Shown one piece after another: positions 40,001 to 53,144 of a stretch of DNA of 64,000 nucleotides (positions within the stretch are counted from its first letter, which is position 1; each line of letters opens with the position of its first letter). The DNA is from Paramecium tetraurelia (lineage: Eukaryota). Position numbers and translations under genes: made by a program. Where the stretch lies: the NCBI GenBank assembly GCA_000165425.1, contig CT868679.1:1-64000 (forward strand), written 5' to 3'. The notes below the pieces were generated by a model. It was not told the DNA's origin and did not search any database. It was given only the letters and a program-made list of their open reading frames with translations.

Positions 40001-41109
40001 TCATTTTTTCAATGCTTATTCGTTGTCTCTCAAAATTTATAAAGCAGTCTTTAACGAATTCAATTAGCCTTCTCTCTTGCTTGCATTGGATCTGAAATTT
40101 GAATCATATAAATCTTTTTGGACTCTTGTAGTTTCTAATAATTATTAAGTATTGGCTTCATTTTATTATAATTATTTGTTTCTTCTTTGAGTAATTTTCT
40201 ATACAAAATACATAAGATTTAATTACCAAATCATTCTATTTGTTCTTCAAAGCACTGGTAGTTTTTTGATTATCCTATTGTAATTTATCTCTCACAACAG
40301 TGACTTCATTCACTAAAGAATTGAAGTTTTCTTCAACTGCTGTTTGATTTGATTCTCTGTTTACTTGTCCTTCTTTGATGGATGCTATGATTTGTTCAAT
40401 CAATTCAATAGCCCTCTTGGCAGTAGCCTCATCAAATCTATGAATGCTATTAATCATTTTACTTAGATGAGAATTCTAATAATAATGCTAGTGGGTGTGT
40501 ACGTCCTAATTCTTTTTTGACTTATTTGATCATTTCTTATTTTTCACTTTCCTCTAAAAATGAGCCTGTATTTGAAAGAACTGCCTTTACTAATCTATCG
40601 TGAATATCTTCTAATGCTGCTAAAATCTTTGCACCAGCAGATTACTTTGTTTCCAAAGCTTAAACCTCTCTCTATCTATTATCTCTAATTTGTTCCTCTC
40701 TTTGATTGATTGTTTCTAATTATTTTTTTACAGCCACACTAGTAGAAGTAAGAGTAGAGATAGCTTAAGTGATATCACCAATTTTTCTGTTGTTTGATTA
40801 TACTTCACTTGATAATGATGCCAAATTAGCTTCTAATTACTCAATACTTGATTCAAAAGCAGCCATTCTTGAAGCATGATCCAAATTTGCTGCATTAATT
40901 TATCCTGTTAAATCATCAACCATTTTTTATAGCAATTCGAACACTTTATCCAACTATCCACCTGCCAAACTTAATTCTAACAATTCAACCAATTGTGAAT
41001 TATAGTTATCATTTTAGGCTAATTTATTTCTTAATTGTTAAAGTACAGGACTCTCTGTTGCAACTGCCATCGTTACCATAAGCAACACTATTAGAGTTTT
41101 AGATTACAT
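40001..41109 (-). CDS. Trichocyst matrix (granule lattice) precursor protein
   Basis: Signal peptide MQSKTLIVLLMVTMAVA; GGQLDKVFELLQKMVDDL; two heptad-rich halves; two introns. Confidence 0.8.
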
Positions 41110-41763
41110 AATCCGTTTTTATAATTATTATTAATAATCATTATTATCATCACATTTATGCAAACTATTCCAAATTGATTCTCCTCTCTTAAAAGATCTA
41201 ACTAAATTTGCATATAACTATCAAATGCTACCTTGAGATCAACATGAGTGATTTTTCATATCTTTTCTTAGAGAATAATAATTTGACTTAATTTATTTAC
41301 TTTTTAAACATTGATTGAGTTATTATATCTATTTAAATAAAAATAATGAGATTTGATAACACTAAATATTTAAATAAAATATTGTGGTCACTATTTTTGT
41401 TTGAATAATTCTCATATATTTCAATTAAACGTATAGATACTGACCAATTTATCATATATTGTTAGTGATTTAATGTAATAGTTCTAAAAATAACTATTTC
41501 AATAGATTTCATTTAATACATCATATATTTTTATTCTATTTTAATATGATTTTATATATTAAGAATAACTATTTTTTTTTTATTATGATGAAAATACATT
41601 TATTTAATGGTAATAACAAAACATTTTATAATAGAATATCAATGTTTAAATAGTATATTTTATTCATTATTCTACTCACTTTTGGACACTTTAGATTTTT
41701 TAAAATGCTAGAAATTATTGATAGAGAACATGTTATTTAATATTGCAAATAGATATATTTAAG

Positions 41764-42276
41764 TCATTCGATATCATTCAATATCCCCTGATATTAGTTA
41801 AGTACAGCTTAAAGCTGGCCGTCTAAATCATGATCACCATCAATATATGTACTTATACATATCGACTCAATTCTTTCGCCAATATTTATTAATACATCTT
41901 CAATCTATTCCAATATTCTGTTTTATTATTTTTCATTATTTTCAATTACAATTGAGTGTTTGAGTATATAAGTTGGTACTCTACTTTATTGTTGTTCATT
42001 TATATTTTATAAGCTCATTATTAAATTCATATCTTATTAGTTTATGAAATTGGCTATGTGACTCATTATATCTTGATATACATCGTAATTCATGAATTAT
42101 TTTTTTTTTGAGGGGTTCAAGCAAATAGATTAAGATAAAAATGTTTATTCAAGAAAATGCTTAATGGTTTTGGTTATTCGATTTTGGTGAATCATTATTT
42201 CACTTTTGTTAGGACTCAAATTAATAGCCGCATCAGGGTTTTTCATATTTTTTCTGTCTTCTTCAAAATTTTTCAT
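41764..42276 (-). CDS. Hypothetical protein (170 aa)
   Basis: Intact code-6 ORF MKNFEEDRKN...YQGILNDIE* (513 nt). Confidence 0.55.
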
Positions 42277-42365
42277 CTTTAATGAAATATAATTTATATA
42301 TATATTTTTTTTGCAATCAAAGTAGAGACTAGTTGATATTGTTTTATTAAGGAAAATTTCAGATT

Positions 42366-42887
42366 TCAGTTGTAGGCTCTTAAAAATATAGCATTTTTAG
42401 AACTCACGGCTTGGTCAAAATGCACAAATTTAAACGATCTATGAGTGAACGACTTTTCTTGTTTGTATGATATTTAATTTTGGGTTGACCTTTTTTTTAA
42501 TATACTTTTAATAGTCGATTTTTAACTGGATGTTGATATCTTTGTATTAGAGAATGATCTTGATTTTTAGTAATCAAGCTTTCCTTAGTGTTTTTTTAAA
42601 TTTTATGTGGTTGTAAACTCTTTTGTTTCTGTTTAAATTTACTAATTAGGTGAGGCAGACCTAATTCTATGATTTTTTTTTCGCAACAAACGTTCGTATT
42701 GTTCCATAACCAAAAAAAATCCAAAATCGTCCTCTTGTTTAAGGGATTTCATCATTTACAATGGCACAGGTTTTTATGGAGGATTCTTAGTGGGTAACCT
42801 TACTTCTTGGCTAATTTATTGAATTATGATGTTGATTTCTGAAAATTAGTTTTTGGGAGATTCACAACAGCATGGCTTTGAACCCAT
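42366..42887 (-). CDS. N-acylated putative PP1-interacting protein (173 aa)
   Basis: MGSKPCCCE start; KSILKK and FKFVHFD near the C-terminus; 522-nt intact ORF. Confidence 0.72.
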
Positions 42888-43827
42888 CGAATGTAAAAGC
42901 TTTTGTAATAATTATTAAATTCTTAAGAAAATTCTTGAATAGCATTATAAAAATATCTAGAATTTTAAAGAACATCTAAAATTATTAAGACAATCATTTC
43001 CTATAAAATAAGATGAATCAAATTCGTAAAACTGATTATTTTCAACTTATTTTTCTTAATTTAAATTTATATCTTGACTTAAAAGTAAATTTGTAACTGA
43101 TTAAAACAAATTTAGAAATTAGTTATGAATTTACGATTCATGATTTTCTTAAATGAACAATAATGGATAAAAATATATTTCTTAACTACTTGCAACATTA
43201 AGATAAGTAAGAATTAATATTTCTATTTGTATCAAATTTATCTCAATCAAATTCATTAGTAGTTTTATTAAGCTTTTTATTAATAATCTGATCTAAACTC
43301 TCTTTATACCTTTGTAGCTTTTTATTTCTTTATTAATATCTAATAAATAGTTTAATATAAACTTTAGTTAATTTTGTTAATTATTTTGTACTCGGTTTAT
43401 AGAATTCAGAATAACAATAATGAAACAGTATATAAAGAATTGGATATAAAAAACAGAATTTAATTCAAATATGTATTCAGAAAAATCAATTGTAGAAATC
43501 AAGTTTCAAAGTCTTGCTTCATTTATTTTAACATTGATAATATAAAAGTATTTGAATGGAATTATAATATTTTAGCATGTAGTTTAAGGTAGATTACTAA
43601 ATTCTGCCTTCAAATGTAGCTTAAATGGAAACTATTTTAATTGTGAGATTATGGAAATGATCAGACATCACAATCAAATTATAAACCTAAACTCCAAATA
43701 TAAAATTAATGAAAATTAATTGTGTTTATCAGAGAGAAGTAATAATTGTTGAAGCCTTAGTTTGTAAAAAGAAATTAGACAAGATGTCTGTGATAGTATA
43801 TAATTAAATTAATTAATTAATATATCT

Positions 43828-45009
43828 ATGTATAGGTTTAGATAGCTTTGGAAATTCAGCACACTCTAATTTCACAAAGGAGTTAGTGAATATTAGAGTG
43901 TTTCTGAAAATGTTGTATTGAGAGGAGTAACTTTAAAAGGTCGATATAATGATTTACCTAATTTGTTGTTCTTTACAGAAGCATGTGATCTGGTTGAAAA
44001 TTGGATACCATTCTTTAGTGATCCAAACAACAAAGTAGAATTTTAAATGAAATACTTAGATCCTGGATTATAGAAATGTGCATATTTTGAGTCCCAGAAA
44101 TTTTGGTACATCAGATAAACATTATTCATTTGATGTTCAGGATCTAGCTAATGATGTAGTCAGATATATGTACTATAACAAAATTACAATGGCTACATTA
44201 AGTGGACATGGTTTTGGAGCTAAAGTTGCCTTAGCAGCTGGATGTTATCACCCAGAGAGAACAACTGGTGTATTTTGCATTGATTATTCTCCTATGGATT
44301 AAAGATATCATGAAGCATTCACAGAATTCAGAGGCTATATTGCAAAGTTATCGTAAATAAATACTAAAGAATTAACCAAATCATAAATTGAATCTTATTT
44401 AAAAGACAATATTGATGTATTCAAATTGAATTACTTAGTGTCCAAAATGGAGATCAATTTTCAGTGATAACCTTATTAAATTGCCATCAGGATAATGGGA
44501 TTGGAAGTTTGCACTAAAATTCTTAAATGATAATGTCTCATTTAATAAAGCTGATTCCATAGCCTTCTGGCCAATTAAAGCAGGTCTCTTTACAGGCAGA
44601 ACTCACTTTGCATTTCCTGAATTCTCTAGATGGGTACATCTTGGAACAAATACACTACCTATGTTGAAAGTCTGTCCATAAGTGAGAGGATTTGGTCATG
44701 ATGTTCATTCTGTTTAAGGAGATAACAATACATTAAATCATTGGATCTATGAATTTGATAGTCAATCTTTTGTCTTTGCTAGTAGATTCACAAAGTAATT
44801 CAAGATTGCTATTTAGATTTTTGTCTATGTATGATGGAGTTCATTTATTATTAAAAGATAGAACTGAAGTTGGAAAAGAATTTGTTCCTTCAATTATTTA
44901 TTCAAAGAAAGACCCAAATCACATCTATTCAGACTATTCTCCTGCTCATTATTATCATAATTGGAGATTCAACAATGTCTATAAAAACTTAGACACACCA
45001 AATAAATGA
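43828..45009 (+). CDS. ATPTT3: Mitochondrial alpha/beta-hydrolase-fold protein lacking the nucleophile; ATPTT3-like ATP synthase subunit
   Basis: Basic presequence; SPRNFGTSD; DLANDV; GHGFGAKVA; IDYSP; three introns; orthology from recall of Tetrahymena ATPTT3. Confidence 0.75.
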
Positions 45010-45049
45010 AAATATCAAAATCAAACATATTACATAATATATATACCAA

Positions 45050-45890
45050 TCACTAAATCTATTCTAGCTTATCTTATTTTAATATTCCAATTAATTAATC
45101 ATTTACTTTAATGGCTCAATTCCAAGCGGTCTCTCTTAAACATTAAATTAATGATGAACTATCAAATTAAACAATTAGATGATCAATCTTGTAATAAATT
45201 GAATCTGTTTAATCTAGTAGTTGTGCAATTTTTATCAAAAAATTCTCAATTCTAAAGTTAAATTATTAGGATCTACTACAACCTTTTCTTTATTCACTCA
45301 AATTGAATTCATTTTGATTCGAAGTGAACCTGTAATTCTATATCCGTTAAATCCAATTACAAAAATATCCTCTGACATACAGAACCACTCTAATCTTATT
45401 TTTAATATTCTGTTTTCTTTACTAATTTTGAAACTAAGCCCTAGCATCAAATTTGTACTTTTATTTCATGATCAATTTCATAGCCAAGAACAGGTTACAT
45501 TAAAGTTTGTGTGTGATCAATCAAAAATATAAAAGTCAAGGGCTTTTGAAATATGACAAACATTTTAGGTGGTTCTTCTAATTCCTTTTCTTAAATATGT
45601 TTTGCATAATTCATTCCCACTTCCAAAATTTTGAATTGTAAGGATTTATTATTTTCTTAAATAATTCTTCCATTATAATTTTGCTAAAGTGATTAATATG
45701 TAATTTTGGCACCTTTATGCTAATAATATTACTATAGAATAAGATAAGGGTGATTAAATAATTACAATATGATTCAATTGGAGTTATTATGTTTTCTGGC
45801 AAAATAAAAAACCCAAATTCTTTATGAAATCTTGTATATTTTTATATTAATAAATGGATTCAAGTGACTCATAAGAAGATTCATATTAAA
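45050..45890 (-). pseudogene. Decayed coding-like region, family not recognised
   Basis: Coding-like stretches interrupted by TGA and frame changes. Confidence 0.25.
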
Positions 45891-45959
45891 AAGTATTAAA
45901 AATTATGAATAAAGGATTCGTTACTCGAAATACTCAGAATTGAATAATTCAAAAATGAT

Positions 45960-46718
45960 AATGAAAGGGGGAAATTATCAATCGATTTTTCTAATCAAGT
46001 GTTGAACTTAGGAATGTTTAAAAAGCAAAAACAAACTTACATATAAAATACAAATCACACCAAAGAATTATATATTTCTGTGATTAAAAGTATTCCAATA
46101 TATAAATTTAAGAGATCATAGATCAATTAGTTTATTATGTAAAATCAACATCTTGAGTCAGGAGCAGAGGAATTTATACAGTCCAAAAAAGAAAACTATG
46201 GGACCTGAAGATTATTAGTTAGAATAGTAAGTCCAGAGAGTCTGTAACACTGTAAGAAGGAAAAGCTGTATCTGCTTATTATGTGGTCATTAAGGCGATT
46301 TTGAAAAACGCATGAACACTTTTTAAGTGAAAACCTAGCAATAAATAAACAGTGAAATGAGGTTATTAAAGTACAACACAAGAAACCAATTTAAGCAATA
46401 AACTTTAATTAGACTACACAAAATAAAACAATTATAAAACTAAAAATGTCACAATTCCAGTCTTTCAGCTTAATTAGACAATTAAATACAGTTTAATTAA
46501 ACTCCAACAATCGCACCAGCCATAGTTGAGGTTTAATTGAAATTCAAGAAGAAAACAGCAAGTCAACCTGTAGTGCTAAAGCAATTCTTACCTACTACAA
46601 AAAATTATTATGTGAAATAGTTTCATCTTACCTCGAGAACAAAAACTAACAATACTCCAACATAAAACACCTTGCCATCTCTTAAGACTTTGAGTTAAAG
46701 TAGAAGAAATCTGTTTGA
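45960..46718 (+). pseudogene. Decayed gene containing an RRKSCICLLCG motif
   Basis: MGPEDYQLEQQVQRVCNTVRRKSCICLLCGHQGDF followed by several in-frame TGA. Confidence 0.4.
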
Positions 46719-46786
46719 TAATAAATATTATTGATTTAAATATATTTATTTATATTTGATTTTGCAATCTTACTTATAAAATAATA

Positions 46787-47968
46787 ATGAATTCACTCTC
46801 AAGAAATAGGTATTAATATGTAAATAATTTATATAGAGCAAGCAGTTAAAATCAATAGATTATCAAAAAAAACATCCGAAAATATAGTTCCGACTATAGT
46901 GACTCAGATGTTTCTAATCCAGAATCTTAGGTCAAAAAGAGAATTGTGAAAATTTGGACTGCTGAAGAAGATTAAATGTTATAGACATTTTATGAAAAAT
47001 ATAAGGGCAACTGGATTCAAGTGGCATAATCTATACCTAATAGGAATCCATCCTAATGTTCATAAAGATGGAAAAGAATAAACCCTGACAGAGTATTATA
47101 ATTTGTTGATTTCAGTTACGATCCAGAAGATAATGGACAGAAGAAGAAGATCTTTAAGTTTTACATTTGATTAAGAAATTTGGAAAGAATTGGAAAGCCA
47201 TAGAAAGGAACATGGATGGAAGAAGTGGAAAACAAATTAGAGAAAGATTTATTAATAAACTAGATTAAACAATTAATCATAATGTATTTACTTAAGAAGA
47301 GGATGATAAAATTGTAAAATTATACTATTAAATGGGACCAAGATGGAGTGACATCTCTAAGTTATTCTAAGGAAGACCTGTAAATATTTGATGAAATTTA
47401 TTAAGGAAAATATGATTAAAAATAGATTTTATTCTCACATCAAAAAGCACTACAACATTTAGTCAAAGAATCCTGAAATTGTTGGAGATGAAATGATGCC
47501 TTAAAACCAATTTCAAAATACCAATTCACTCTCAGATGTACTCTAAGAATAAGATTAACAAATTTAAGGGGAACCCAGATTAGATACAATACGCAGTTAA
47601 TTCGAATAAGAGGGTTCATTCATCTCTAATCTAATTAATAGCAATCATATTCTGCTACCTTAATTTCAAAGCTTAATTCAAGGAGGTAATTATTGATATC
47701 TAAGTAAGAATCATTGATTTCGAATGGAGGATCATTTATAAATAAACAAGAAATGAATCACGAACAAAAATAACTCTACGGAATTGATAGTTCTGGTGCA
47801 GGTTCTCACGTCTATTAAGATATTTAGATGCCTCATTCAGATATCTACGATGAACTAGATTCAAGTCTTAAAAAAACACCATAGTATCTAAGAACTGATA
47901 GTGAAAACAAAGAGAAAGAAAACTAATTAATGGACCAATTGATAAAAATGAGTATGGAATAAGATTGA
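46787..47968 (+). CDS. Three-repeat (R1R2R3) Myb transcription factor
   Basis: WTAEEDQML..NWIQVA..RNPSQCSQRW; WTEEEDL..KNWK..GRSGKQIRERF; FTQEEDD..GPRWSDIS..GRPENMIKNRF. Confidence 0.93.
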
Positions 47969-48133
47969 ACTGTATGATTGTAAAAGAGTTTATAAATAAT
48001 CTGTTGTTAAATTATTTAGAAGTAAAATATTCCTAATATATACAATTTATATATATATCTGTAGCTTAATATTAAATTATAATAAATTCTATTAAATTTT
48101 GAGTTAATTTAGATATGAAGAGTATTGATATGA

Positions 48134-49254
48134 TCAAACTCCTTTTTTTTACAAAAATTCCTCAGCTTAAGCTACCTTTTGATGATACAGCATTGTAATC
48201 TCAATGATTATCTAATTTTCTTCATGTCTTTTTTATTTCTCCATTACATATTTTGCTTTCTATTAGTTATAAGCATCTAAGAATAGAGAACCAATTGATT
48301 ACTTTAAGTTTATTATAAGATTCTTTGTGTATTCCCTAATATTTTATCACATTAACTTACAACGTCTTGGGCTAACTCTTTGTCGTCTTCTAAACTATTT
48401 AAAAATTTTAATCTGCTATCATATTCTTATTTTAAGAGCACTTGTTCATTTAATAGATTTCTCCTATAATCTACAAAGTCATTAGCAGATGTAATTTCTT
48501 ATTCCTCCAATGTTTTAATATGTTCTTATATTTTGGAAATCAATCCTTAAACTTTTCCAACAATTTCTGAGACCACTTAAGCAGCTTAATCTTCTTAAGA
48601 AACCTCTAGAATCATATAGAAATTATACCTACTTAGGAAAACACTTCCTTGTGGTCTACCATATTAGTATAGAGTGCCAACTTGGAAGTATATTCTTGTG
48701 TCTCTTCTTTTTATAAGAATGCATTCTATTCTTTGAGTTGTAAATCTCCATTAACCCATTCTAATACATTTAATGCTTCTCTATAATCTCTTAATGCATC
48801 GATGAATAAGGAGTTTGCCTCACATCTCTATTCAGCTAGATCTTCTAATTTCATGTCGTTTGACTTTCTTCTCTTCTCATTCCAATTCAAATAATCAGTT
48901 GTCTAAGCAATTTTATCATCGACTGCCTCTAAATCTTCTGAATTCTTTTGCAAAGATTCATTATTCTCTTTCATAATGCCAGTAAAAGCTGCACAATCAT
49001 TCAATACACCACCTTCATATTCTTAGAATGCTTTGTCTGCCTATTCTCTAGTTGTAAAGATCTCATACTTTTCTATCTAGTTCTTCATTAGCGTTTTTCA
49101 AGTCCTCCAATAATTACAACACTGCTTAAATAGCATCTCTAGCGGTTCCCAAACCAGTTCCAGTGCTAATCAAATTTAAAAATTCAGGGTTGAATTTATG
49201 TTATTGCTAACAAAAGATAATTGTAATAAAAGCTAATCCTATCAGAAGTCTCAT
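48134..49254 (-). CDS. Trichocyst matrix-like secreted precursor
   Basis: Signal peptide MRLLIGLAFITIIFC; AIQAVLQLLEDLK; Cys-flanked coiled coil (NDC...QRCEANSLF); duplicated acidic halves; three introns. Confidence 0.78.
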
Positions 49255-49657
49255 TTCCGTTTTTATTTCTGATATTAAAATATAAATTATGTTTAAAGCA
49301 ATAAAATAAATAATGATATTATACAACTCCATGAAAAATCGTAGAATATTATAATGATAAAAAGTAGATTACTCTATCAAACTTGTATGTGCTTTCTCTA
49401 CTTATGCAATAAATTCTATCGTATTTTTTCATTAAAGGTGATAAATAATACATTAAATTCCATTTTCAAACTTATTATTTGAATTTTTAGAATTCTATTT
49501 TCTTTCAGGATTAACGATTTGTAAATAGTAATTACTCATCATTTGGCAATGTTGCTGAGCTATTCCAAAAGGGAAATAGCATGATAAAAAGGCTTGCTTT
49601 CTTAATTCACTTTTTTAGATTGTAAAACTAAATTTATTATTATAAATAAATTCAAGA

Positions 49658-50045
49658 ATGGAATCGCAACAAGGCTTACGAAATATTTAGCAGAACTCAA
49701 GCTTTTGGGAGCCCAAGTATTACCTTATGGTAATTATCTTTTGCTTTTTAATTTATTTTTTTTTGAAGAATAATTAAAACAAATAAGAGCCGATTAAGGT
49801 ATAGAGTTTGTGAATTGCAATAGGATAAAGTATGGAAGAAGTTTGCGTTTGCATATTAAGACATGATGAATACATTTGACGATCCAGAGAAGGAACTTCT
49901 AAAGCATACTTTTCACAATACTATTTTTAATACAAAACCACCTCGTGTCAACAATGATAAAAGAAAACAAAGCAAAAAGACTTCTAATGTGTCTTTTGAT
50001 TTAGCTAAAAATGTTACTCATATGTTTTAATAAAATGGGTATTGA
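49658..50045 (+). CDS. Small hypothetical protein; 5' exon structure unresolved
   Basis: 3' frame ...VWKKFAFAYQDMMNTF...SKKTSNVSFDLAKNVTHMFQQNGY*; ATG 49658 does not join cleanly. Confidence 0.4.
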
Positions 50046-50586
50046 ATCTAATAATTTCCTTGAGAATTCATTAATTAAATATGTTAAATATATTCAAAAG
50101 TCATCTCTTCTTTTTGATAAATTTACATTACTCCCTCTTATAAATATTTATTTTATATCCAATTAACGTCAATCCTTTTGATTATTAATAAATACTTAGT
50201 TCTCAATACATTTATTAAAAGGAGTACAACAATTCATAATTGTTACTTTAATATTATATAAATTAATCAAATAACTCTAATATAATAAACTTTAACTTTA
50301 ATAATGTAAATAATAAATTTATAATGGTTTATAGGTACTTAATACAATATTTCATAAATTTAATAATCTTCTCAACAAATTTAAATTCCAATTATTTAAA
50401 ATTTGACTCTAATAATTCGAAAATAAATCTAAAGAAGCAGCTCCAGAGATTGACGCATTTTGATTCTAAAGCTCACAAATAACATTTGTAAATTGTGTAA
50501 ATCCAAATCAAAACATTGATAGAACCATTGTGATGATTTTAATATTTTTGAGTTAATTTACGATAATAATAAAGTAAATTAATATT

Positions 50587-52989
50587 ATGTTTGAGCAGTA
50601 ATCTAAAGCAAGAGAATATTTACATTTGATTTTAAATATAGCTATTTCCTCACTTTTCGCAGTAGTGGAATAGCTAATGTGTAATATTACAGGGGGTATT
50701 ATTTGGGATCTGGTATTTATTCCTTGTGGTATAATATTCTCATTACTCTACATAACTCAATATTTTCAATGGAATAAAGGTATGGCAAATTAATTTAAGT
50801 AGGCGATTTGTCTTCATTTTTTTTTTGGGTCCTGATAATGAAGAGAATTTTTCTTTTAGGAATTAACGAAGGAGAGTTTGTCTACTTTTTATTTGGATTA
50901 TTAAATGGAATTTATACAAACAAATTAAATGTTAATGATAAGAAAAAGTATTATTTGAAATTTAAAACAATTATTTAAGTTCTAGTAGTATCTGCTTTGA
51001 TAATTTATAATTTTATTCAAGAAACTAGAGGATAAAGTTCTACTTTAATAGTAGTCTACATAATTATTTCACTAATACTTGGCATCAACGATAATATAGA
51101 TTTGTAGAATTAAACCCCAATTTAAGAAGAATATTAAACTGATTTGAAACATAATTTAACTGAAATTAAGAAATCTCAAACTACGATCGTTTAATTGCAA
51201 TAATAATAGCAATAATAATAATAATAGTTCTACTACTAATAATAATAATTATAATAAAAATCAAATTGGGAATAATATTAATAACAAACAGATGAGTGGA
51301 TTTGTAAATTGGATCTAAATAAATATTGCTTATTCGATAGTTTAAATTCAAGTGAATAAAACTATTCAATGAGAAAATCCTTAGGGGATTTAAAAGTGTC
51401 AATATAGCATTTATTCCAAAATTTAATGATCACTAGCCAATCAACTAATTTATAATAGTCAATTAATCTATGGTCAGAAATAGTTGAAAAAAATTCATTG
51501 TAGAGTTGGTTGGAAAAAAACTTTTTTTCTGAAAGTTCAGCTGGAAAATTAGAATAAGCCAGATAAAGGTAATACAGATATGGGATTGATGGGATCTAAG
51601 GAATGCAAGAAGATTAATTATCTATAATCTCACCTTAGAATGAAGGCAAAGGAACATTTAATAAAGATCAAGTACATGAATTATCTGCAATATCAGCTAT
51701 TTAATAGCATGGAGATATGCAAGGATCTAATTCTCTTTTGTTCAATAAAACAACACTAGGATGCTATTTCTTGACTAATTAAGTAAAGATAGAAATGAGT
51801 GTGTCTATATTTTTGATGGAAGATGAATTTGATACTAAAAAATCCATTTTAATTTTGGTGTTGCGAAATATAGACAAAGAAGTAAAAAGGATGAAAACAA
51901 GCCTGGAGAAAACTGAATAATAGAAGATTGTATTCTATAAATATATAAAACGAGTAGCTGATGATGTAGGTCAGATATTATAATAAATTAAGAACATCAA
52001 AATGAAATTAGATTAGCGTCAAAAGTATTATATTATTATAAACTAAAAGAGAATTTGAGAAGATAAAGTAAAGCAACTTTATTTCATTATCATTTTGTGA
52101 TGGTGATGCATTTATCAAGTCTGAAAAAATGTTAGGAGATATGAAATTATCGCAACATCTAAGTGTGCCTAATTAACCTGGATAAAACTCTAATTAACGT
52201 GTGACTTCTTCTTTAAGTTAGAATCATGATACTTAGGATGAATAAATATAGAAATTATACTCTTTTTCGTAACCAAGTGATTTAATAAGATAGATAGATA
52301 AATGGTAAACTAATGTTTTGTTGGTAGAACAAAACAATTTTAATTTTTTTGAGTTATTTTCAACTATTGAATTTTCAACACATAGATTTAATTTTGTTAA
52401 TAGTTTAAACAGTGTGAAGGATTTATTTAAGCAGGACTATAGTGTTTAAAAGTATAATATCACAATTTCAATTGAATTAAATAATGAAAATGAAATGGTG
52501 TTGATTTCAGACAAACGCAAAATAAAGCAGGTGCTTATGAATATAATAAAGAATTCGATTTAATCCTTTGATTTTAACTTATCAAGAAGACAATCGGAAA
52601 AGCTAACTGCAATGTCAAACGAATAGAAATAAGACATAAAATAGTAAGAATTAAAAGTATAAAATACAATCGTAATTAAAACATGGGCAGATGAGGAAAA
52701 AATCATTGTTGAAGTTATCGATAATGGGGGAGGCATTACATAAGAAATGCTGAAGAATAGGATCTAAGATTGTAAATTAGGATTGCAAGCATGTCGGAAA
52801 ATATTGAAGCAACTTTCACATGATCCTAGAAAACCATTAGAAATTATTAATTATATGAAAACCAAAGATGGAATTAAGGGGACTGTTGTACAATTTACAT
52901 TATCTAAATAATTTGTGCCATCTTAATCTATTGAAGAAAATGTATTCTCTGATTCATTGACTATGAACAACAAAGTTGAATTAAATTGA
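50587..52989 (+). CDS. Multi-pass membrane histidine-kinase-like protein (HATPase_c) with no H-box His and no receiver domain
   Basis: About six N-terminal TM segments, poly-Q, then ISDKRKIKQVLMNIIKNS (N box), VIDNGGGI (G1), LGLQACRKI (G2), GTVVQFTL. Confidence 0.82.
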
Positions 52990-53144
52990 TATAAATTAAT
53001 TATTATATATTCTGAATTATTATGCCTAATTAGATTGGGCCAAGGTTATTTTACAGGTGAAGAAGAAATCTACTTTTAAATATCCAATAAATTAACATTC
53101 AGGATAATGATATTTAATTAATTGAAAAATGATTTAAAAAGGTT

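Noticed and set aside
51181..51402. Ile-rich minus-strand ORF
   Set aside because: Antisense of the TAA poly-Gln tract in the kinase-like gene
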